Of a DNA stretch of 52,555 nt, positions 46,743-52,555 are shown piece after piece. Below the pieces are notes generated by a model. It had not been told where the DNA came from, did no database searches, and worked only from the letters and a program-made list of their open reading frames with translations. Within the stretch, counting starts at the first letter, position 1; each line of letters begins with the position of its first letter. This stretch comes from Candidatus Nanopelagicaceae bacterium (GTDB lineage: Bacteria > Actinomycetota > Actinomycetes > Nanopelagicales > Nanopelagicaceae), in contig CAXNFK010000001.1 in the NCBI GenBank assembly GCA_964201775.1, positions 1 to 52,555 of the forward strand, given 5' to 3'. Both the position numbers and the translations under genes were made by a program.

Positions 46743-48628
46743 AGCGTCACCATCCAAACTGCTGCAACTAAAGCGAGAACTCCAAGAACCATAATTAAGG
46801 CATAACTTCTGACATATCCACTTTGAATATTTCGAATTGATGAAGCTGAAATTTGAATAACCCAACCAACCATTCGAACTAGGCCATCAATAACTTTATA
46901 ATCAGTACTCACCAAACCTGCAGTTAACTTCTGGCCAGGACGCATAAATACTGCTTCGTTAAATGAATCTTGATAAAGATCTTTACGGGCAGCTTTTGTA
47001 AAGCCAGTTACATTTTCAGGTGCAACGACAGGAACGCTCCGATACTTCAGAATTGCAAAGGCAACTCCAATTGCAACCACGAATAGCGCCATAGCTGAAA
47101 TTGCTAGTGGGGGTAAAAAGTGTTCCGAATGATGTTCATGACTCTCGTTTACAACAGGTTCTAGCCAATTAACGAGTGCATTACCCGAGTTAAGTAGAAA
47201 TCCTGACGTAACCGATCCAACAGCCAAAACTGCCATTGGTGCCCACATTAAGAATGGTGATTCATGTGGATGTGCATTCTCATCCCAGCGCTTTGTTCCA
47301 GCGAAAGTTAAAACCATTACGCGAGTCATATAGAAAGCGGTAATTCCTGCACCGAAGAGTGTCGCACCACCTAGAAGAATTCCCTCAACTCCCCCAGCAT
47401 AAAATGCAGTTTCAATTATTTTATCTTTTGAATAGAAACCAGCGAATGGTGGAACTCCAAGAATTGCTAAGTAACCAAGTCCGAATGTTGCAGCGGTGAT
47501 TGGCATAACTTTTCTGATAGCGCCGTAGCGTCGCATGTTTACTTCATCATTCATGCCGTGCATTACCGAACCCGCACCAAGGAACATTCCGGCTTTAAAG
47601 AAGCCGTGAGTAATTAAGTGCATGATTGCAAATGCATATCCAACTGGACCAAGTCCGGTAGCTAGAATCATGTAACCAATTTGCGACATTGTTGACGCTG
47701 CAAGAGCTTTCTTAATATCGTCTTTTGCAGTACCGATTAGTGCACCAAACAGCAGTGTTATTGCTCCAACAATTACAACCATTAATTGCGCAGTTGGTGA
47801 AGCATCAAATATAAAGTTAGAACGAGTAATTAGATACACGCCTGCGGTAACCATTGTTGCGGCATGGATGAGTGCTGAAACTGGAGTAGGTCCGGCCATT
47901 GCATCGCCAAGCCATGATTGCAATGGGAATTGTGCAGACTTTCCTGCGGCTGCGAGCAGAAGCATTGCGCCAATTGCGGTTAGTGCGCCGGCTGATGCAC
48001 CTGATGCACCCTCTTTAACGCCAGCAAAAGTTACAGTTCCAAATTGTGTGAATGCGATCATGATTGCAAGTGAAAGACCGACGTCGCCAACGCGGTTAGC
48101 AACGAATGCCTTCTTTGCAGCAGTTGCGTAAGCAGGCTTTTGATTCCAGAAACCAATTAATAGGTATGAAGCAAGGCCTACGCCTTCCCAGCCAACGTAG
48201 AGATTGAGATACGAATCTCCCAATACAAGAAGAAGCATCGCTGCAATAAATAGATTTAGGTAGGCAAAGAAGCGACGGCGATCGCGATCGTGCGACATAT
48301 AGGCGATTGAATAGATATGAATAAGGGTTCCAACACCAGAAATAAGTAGAACGAAACAGATTGAAAGCTGATCTAGAAGAAGCGAGGCATCGACCTGGAA
48401 TGTTCCAACTGAAATCCATTCAAATACTTTCTGCGTAGCAGCACGTGCTTCACCTTCGCGCCCCTGCATTGCAAAGAATTCCATGACGCCAATAACAAAT
48501 ACCGAAGCTGAAACTAAAGTTGCAAAGATATGTCCCCATTTATCAGCGATACGACCTAAGAGCAGTAACAGGCCAGCGCTAAACAGTGGAAGTGCGATTA
48601 AGTAAACCAAACTTGTGCTCGTAGTCAT
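46739..48628 (-). CDS. nuoL: NADH-quinone oxidoreductase subunit L
   Basis: [40 protein letters not shown]. Confidence 0.97.
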   Translation of the reverse strand: MTTSTSLVYLIALPLFSAGLLLLLGRIADKWGHIFATLVSASVFVIGVMEFFAMQGREGEARAATQKVFEWISVGTFQVDASLLLDQLSICFVLLISGVGTLIHIYSIAYMSHDRDRRRFFAYLNLFIAAMLLLVLGDSYLNLYVGWEGVGLASYLLIGFWNQKPAYATAAKKAFVANRVGDVGLSLAIMIAFTQFGTVTFAGVKEGASGASAGALTAIGAMLLLAAAGKSAQFPLQSWLGDAMAGPTPVSALIHAATMVTAGVYLITRSNFIFDASPTAQLMVVIVGAITLLFGALIGTAKDDIKKALAASTMSQIGYMILATGLGPVGYAFAIMHLITHGFFKAGMFLGAGSVMHGMNDEVNMRRYGAIRKVMPITAATFGLGYLAILGVPPFAGFYSKDKIIETAFYAGGVEGILLGGATLFGAGITAFYMTRVMVLTFAGTKRWDENAHPHESPFLMWAPMAVLAVGSVTSGFLLNSGNALVNWLEPVVNESHEHHSEHFLPPLAISAMALFVVAIGVAFAILKYRSVPVVAPENVTGFTKAARKDLYQDSFNEAVFMRPGQKLTAGLVSTDYKVIDGLVRMVGWVIQISASSIRNIQSGYVRSYALIMVLGVLALVAAVWMVTL

Positions 48629-48927
48629 TAGCGCTTCAACAAACTAGCATCATCAACAGATGCTGATCGACGGGAACGATAAATCGTAACGATAATCGCA
48701 AGGCCAACTACAACTTCACAAGCTGCAACAACCATCGTAAAGAAGGATGCTACTTGTCCAGAAAGATTTCCATGCACTCTTGAGAACGTCACAAAAGCTA
48801 GATTCGCGGCGTTTAACATTAGTTCAATACACATAAAAACAACGATGGCATTTCTGCGAACTACTACGCCAATTGCGCCGATTGTAAAAAGCAGGGCAGA
48901 TAAATAAATATAGTTTGCAATATCCAT
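48628..48927 (-). CDS. nuoK: NADH-quinone oxidoreductase subunit K
   Basis: RRN....[21 protein letters not shown]. Confidence 0.96.
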   Translation of the reverse strand: MDIANYIYLSALLFTIGAIGVVVRRNAIVVFMCIELMLNAANLAFVTFSRVHGNLSGQVASFFTMVVAACEVVVGLAIIVTIYRSRRSASVDDASLLKR

Positions 48928-49710
48928 TTAGTCTTCCTCCACTTCTTTAACTTCTAGTTCAAATGGTTTCGAAGGCAACATGTCGCCTCTGGCATCAAGG
49001 GTTGCTGAAACTGATAACGGTGCTGGTGTTCCATCAGGCAATAGCGCTGGAACATCTACCGCATTATGAAGTGCGTAAACTCCTGAACCTGGAAGGCCAG
49101 CGGCTGTTGCAAGTGAAGCGCCGCGGAATCTTGCAATCGATTGATCACGTTGTGCAGTGCGAGACTTAGTAGATGTGCTGTGCGCGAGAACCATTGCACC
49201 AAGTGCTGCAGTAATTAAGAGCGCAGAAACAACTTCAAAAGCCCAGACATATTTAGTAAATAACTCGCTTGCAATTCCTTGCACGTTGCCATTTGAGTTT
49301 GCATCTTGCAGTCCGATTGCTTCGACACCTAGATTAGAGCGAGCGATTAATGAAATTATTAAGCCACCTAAGCCAATGGCCGCTGTGATTGCAGCTGGTC
49401 GCTGGCCACGAATATTTTCAACTAGCGAATCCGAAGAATCCACACCAACTAACATAAGAATAAATAGGAACAGCATCATTACTGCGCCGGTGTAAACAAT
49501 TATCTGAACAATTCCAAGGAAAAGCGCGCCTTGCGCAATGTAGAAAATTGCCAAGGTAACCATTACCCAAGCCAATAGAAGTGCGGAATGAACAGCCTTC
49601 TTTACGAAGAGCATTCCAAGTGCTGACACAACTGCAAGTGGCGCAAGTATCCAGAACATAATGGCTTCTGGGGCAAGAGTTCTGCCTACTTCAAGAGCCA
49701 GGCTATCCAT
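48928..49710 (-). CDS. nuoJ: NADH-quinone oxidoreductase subunit J
   Basis: [29 protein letters not shown]. Start 49710 or 49719. Confidence 0.94.
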   Translation of the reverse strand: MDSLALEVGRTLAPEAIMFWILAPLAVVSALGMLFVKKAVHSALLLAWVMVTLAIFYIAQGALFLGIVQIIVYTGAVMMLFLFILMLVGVDSSDSLVENIRGQRPAAITAAIGLGGLIISLIARSNLGVEAIGLQDANSNGNVQGIASELFTKYVWAFEVVSALLITAALGAMVLAHSTSTKSRTAQRDQSIARFRGASLATAAGLPGSGVYALHNAVDVPALLPDGTPAPLSVSATLDARGDMLPSKPFELEVKEVEED

Positions 49711-50305
49711 TGGATCCACCTTTTATATCGCCACGGTAATAATCAATGTGAGTTTTTCCTGGAACCATTGGATGTGGTGGCTGCAACATCCCTGCCTTTA
49801 ACGGCGCCATTAAATCTTCTTTCTCGAAGATTAATTTCGCACGAGATTCATCGGCTAATTCATATTCATTTGTCATAGTTAGCGCGCGAGTTGGGCAGGC
49901 CTCAATACATAAACCGCAGAAAACGCAACGCAAATAATTAATTTGATAGACCTTGCCATATCTTTCACCTGGCGAAAATCGTTCCTCTTCAGTATTTGAT
50001 TCACCTTCAACAAGAATTGCATCTGCTGGACAAGCCCAAGCGCAGAGTTCGCAACCGATACATTTTTCTAGACCATCGTCATAGCGATTTAATTGGTGGC
50101 GCCCGTGAAAACGTTCTGCGGTTGGCTCTTTAACCTCAGGATATTCAACGGTGTTAACTTTCTTAAACATTGTAATAAAAGTTACCCAGAAACCTTGAAG
50201 TTGCTTCCCAAAGCTCTTTGCTTCTTGACTTTCAATTGGGGTATTTGCTTTCGCTGCAGCCGTTAAACCGAGATCATTTGAGCGCGGAGTTAATGAGTTA
50301 TCCAT
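49703..50305 (-). CDS. nuoI: NADH-quinone oxidoreductase subunit I
   Basis: [18 protein letters not shown] and [12 protein letters not shown] 4Fe-4S motifs. Confidence 0.97.
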   Translation of the reverse strand: MDNSLTPRSNDLGLTAAAKANTPIESQEAKSFGKQLQGFWVTFITMFKKVNTVEYPEVKEPTAERFHGRHQLNRYDDGLEKCIGCELCAWACPADAILVEGESNTEEERFSPGERYGKVYQINYLRCVFCGLCIEACPTRALTMTNEYELADESRAKLIFEKEDLMAPLKAGMLQPPHPMVPGKTHIDYYRGDIKGGSNG

Positions 50306-51533
50306 TTAGTTGCTCCGTTCTATTCCTAGTAATTTTTCCTGGAATTGCAGGAACTGGAAAACTTGGGGTTGATACCTCGCCGATTGCATCTTCGCGTTCA
50401 CGACGTTTTTTAGATGACTCAAAGAGGCTTGAACCAGCAAGAATAAGGAGGACAACTCCGAAGCTAAATCCAATTAAAACTGCTCGTGGTGCGCCTTGTT
50501 GCGAAAGCACGCGCAAGGTTGCAACAATCAAGATCCAAATTAAAGAGAATGGAATTAAAACTTTCCAACCAAATTTCATGAATTGGTCGTAGCGCAATCT
50601 TGGAAGCGTTCCACGTAACCAGACAAAGATAAAGAAGAAGAAAACAACTTTTGCCAAGAACCAAATTACTGTGAACCAGCCACCAAGCCAGCTTTCAGTA
50701 AAGCCAAGGCCAGGAAGTGCGTGATATCCACCCAGGAATAGCGTTGTTGCAAGTGCTGATACCGCAACAATATTTACATATTCAGCTAAGAAGAAGAGTG
50801 CGAATTTAAGTGATGAATATTCAGTATGGAAACCACCAACTAGTTCACCTTCGGCTTCAGCTAAATCGAATGGCGCGCGGTTGGTTTCACCAACCATTGA
50901 AATTGCATAAATTACAAATGATGGGAATAGCGTTACGCAGAACCACCATTGATTTTGAGCTGCAACAATTTCACCGGTCGACATTGAGCCTGAGTAAATA
51001 AAGACCGCAACCAGCGAAAGTCCCATTGCAACTTCATAGGAAATTACTTGGGCACTTGAACGAAGACCACCAAGTAATGGATAAGTCGATCCTGAGGACC
51101 AACCAGCGAGAACAATTCCATAAACACCAACTGAAGCGATTGCAAGAACATAAAGCACGCCAACTGGAATATCAGTTAGTTGCATAACGGTTTCATGGCC
51201 AAAAAGATTTACTTTTCCAGAGAGCGGAATAACTGCGAATGACATGAAGCAAGTTGTAGCGCTGATAATTGGTGCGATAACAAAGACGATGCGATCTGCA
51301 GCTTTTGGAATCAAATCTTCTTTAAGCGCAAGTTTCACGCCATCTGCGAGTGATTGGATTAAACCAAATGGACCAACACGGTTGGGTCCAAGTCGTTGTT
51401 GCATACGTGCAACTAATCGACGCTCTCCCCAAACTGACATAAGAGTTGCAAGAACGCAGACTACAAATATGAGTAAACCCTTAACCAGAATTATCCAGCC
51501 CGGATCGGTAGCAATTATTTGTGCATTAGTCAC
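50298..51533 (-). CDS. nuoH: NADH-quinone oxidoreductase subunit H
   Basis: [49 protein letters not shown]. Confidence 0.97.
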   Translation of the reverse strand: MTNAQIIATDPGWIILVKGLLIFVVCVLATLMSVWGERRLVARMQQRLGPNRVGPFGLIQSLADGVKLALKEDLIPKAADRIVFVIAPIISATTCFMSFAVIPLSGKVNLFGHETVMQLTDIPVGVLYVLAIASVGVYGIVLAGWSSGSTYPLLGGLRSSAQVISYEVAMGLSLVAVFIYSGSMSTGEIVAAQNQWWFCVTLFPSFVIYAISMVGETNRAPFDLAEAEGELVGGFHTEYSSLKFALFFLAEYVNIVAVSALATTLFLGGYHALPGLGFTESWLGGWFTVIWFLAKVVFFFFIFVWLRGTLPRLRYDQFMKFGWKVLIPFSLIWILIVATLRVLSQQGAPRAVLIGFSFGVVLLILAGSSLFESSKKRREREDAIGEVSTPSFPVPAIPGKITRNRTEQLNG

Positions 51534-52555
51534 GCCTTCACCACCGTAACATGGCCACTTACAAATCCCAGATTCGCAATTACTTGGGAATCAATTGAAT
51601 TACGTGGCACCCAAATCTCGTTGTTAGACATTTCGCTGATTTCAACCGGAAGTTTAAGTGAACCTAAATCTGATGAGATTGAAATTAATTCGCCTTCACT
51701 TACGCCAAGTTTTTCTGCTCTTGTCTTTGAAATTCGAGCGCTTGCTTTGCGAGCAGTGCCAGCCAAGTTTGCTTCACCATCTTGCAATGTTCCAAGATCC
51801 AATAACAATCTCCAAGAAGTTAAATTCATTTTTTCTGCAGTGGCAACAGACTTAACCGCGGAAGTCTTTTCGAATGAAATTGCCGCACCATCCCAATTAC
51901 CAAGCGCTGCTATTTCGCGTGCGGTTGCTGCGACAGTCGGCAGATTAATTGGTGTGCCCATTTCATCTGCGATCATTGAAAGAATTCGAACATCACTTCT
52001 TGAAAGTGAATCTGTTATCGCTTTTTCAAAGCCTCGGGAACTTCCTTGCCAATCTTGGAAGGATCCACTCTTTTCGATAACCGCTGCAACAGGTAGAACA
52101 ACATCTGCTACTGCAGTTACTGCGCTGTGGGTGATTTCAAGTGAAACTACAAAAGAATTAAGTAATTGAGAGAGCGCAGTATTTGAGATATCTAATGGAT
52201 CAACGCCGCCAATTACAACTGCATCAAGATTATTAACGATTAATGCATGCAATATTTCAGAAGTAGATCGGCCAGGATTGGTTGGAAGTGAATCAACTGC
52301 CCAAGCGGCTGCAACATCTACTCTTGCACTGGCTTGTGAAACTGGTCGACCACCAGGAAGAAGTGTTGCGATAGCACCTGATGCAATTGCACCTCGTTCG
52401 CCAGCACGCCGTGGAATCCAAGCTAACTTGGCACCAGATTTTTCAGCCAAATCGACGGCTGCAGAAAGCCCGCCAACTTTTTCGCCAAGTCGTTCGCCGA
52501 CCAAAATAACGCTCTTTGAAGTCAAGCCTGAAATTGAGGCGATGTCAGAAACAAG
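51530..52555 (-). CDS. nuoG: NADH-quinone oxidoreductase subunit G, C-terminal part (5' end outside window)
   Basis: WIPRRAGERGA, ADVVLPVA...EKSGSF..W.G, WRLLLD.G.LQDGE..LAGT; directly upstream of nuoH. Confidence 0.92.
   Translation of the reverse strand, partial: LVSDIASISGLTSKSVILVGERLGEKVGGLSAAVDLAEKSGAKLAWIPRRAGERGAIASGAIATLLPGGRPVSQASARVDVAAAWAVDSLPTNPGRSTSEILHALIVNNLDAVVIGGVDPLDISNTALSQLLNSFVVSLEITHSAVTAVADVVLPVAAVIEKSGSFQDWQGSSRGFEKAITDSLSRSDVRILSMIADEMGTPINLPTVAATAREIAALGNWDGAAISFEKTSAVKSVATAEKMNLTSWRLLLDLGTLQDGEANLAGTARKASARISKTRAEKLGVSEGELISISSDLGSLKLPVEISEMSNNEIWVPRNSIDSQVIANLGFVSGHVTVVKA

Noticed and set aside
51519-52169. 216-aa plus-strand ORF
   Set aside because: Antisense to nuoG, with no independent evidence.
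1-52555. CRISPR arrays, IS elements, prophage genes, defence systems, rRNA
   Set aside because: No regularly spaced repeats, transposase, integrase, phage, nuclease or rRNA-like sequence found by eye; almost all sequence is explained by the listed genes.

Overview
Compact, mid-GC actinobacterial chromosome segment. Very short intergenic spacers, actinobacterial nuo/yajQ synteny and the protein style suggest a streamlined freshwater lineage such as acI/Nanopelagicales (inference). The right ~12.5 kb is core genome: tRNA-Tyr(GTA), lldD-like alpha-hydroxy acid dehydrogenase, yajQ, rarD, polyprenyl synthase and nuoG(partial)HIJKLMN. The left ~40 kb lies downstream of the tRNA-Tyr 3' end and looks like an integrase-free catabolic island. 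It holds three ABC importers (sugar, branched-chain amino acid type, peptide/nickel type), two IlvD/Edd and two enolase-superfamily dehydratases, four SDRs, an MlrC (M81) hydrolase, a class-III aminotransferase, a mutarotase-like protein, two lactonase-type hydrolases, an esterase, a cupin, RidA, two flavoproteins and a ThDP E1beta/E1alpha pair with a free lipoyl-domain protein but no E2 core or E3. Main observations beyond the ORF track: (1) a ~15-bp pseudo-palindrome (TTCCGCATnnTGRAA-like) recurs in nearly every promoter from 13.9 to 39.8 kb, including twice in front of the IclR gene, defining a probable single IclR regulon; (2) a 56-bp exact copy of the tRNA-Tyr 3' end, with a degenerate 5' half, brackets a 3.4-kb two-gene cassette; (3) two unannotated mini-ORFs, one a collapsed MlrC paralogue, remain translationally coupled to downstream genes; (4) all three substrate-binding proteins lack a lipobox. 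The pathway substrate cannot be determined from sequence alone.
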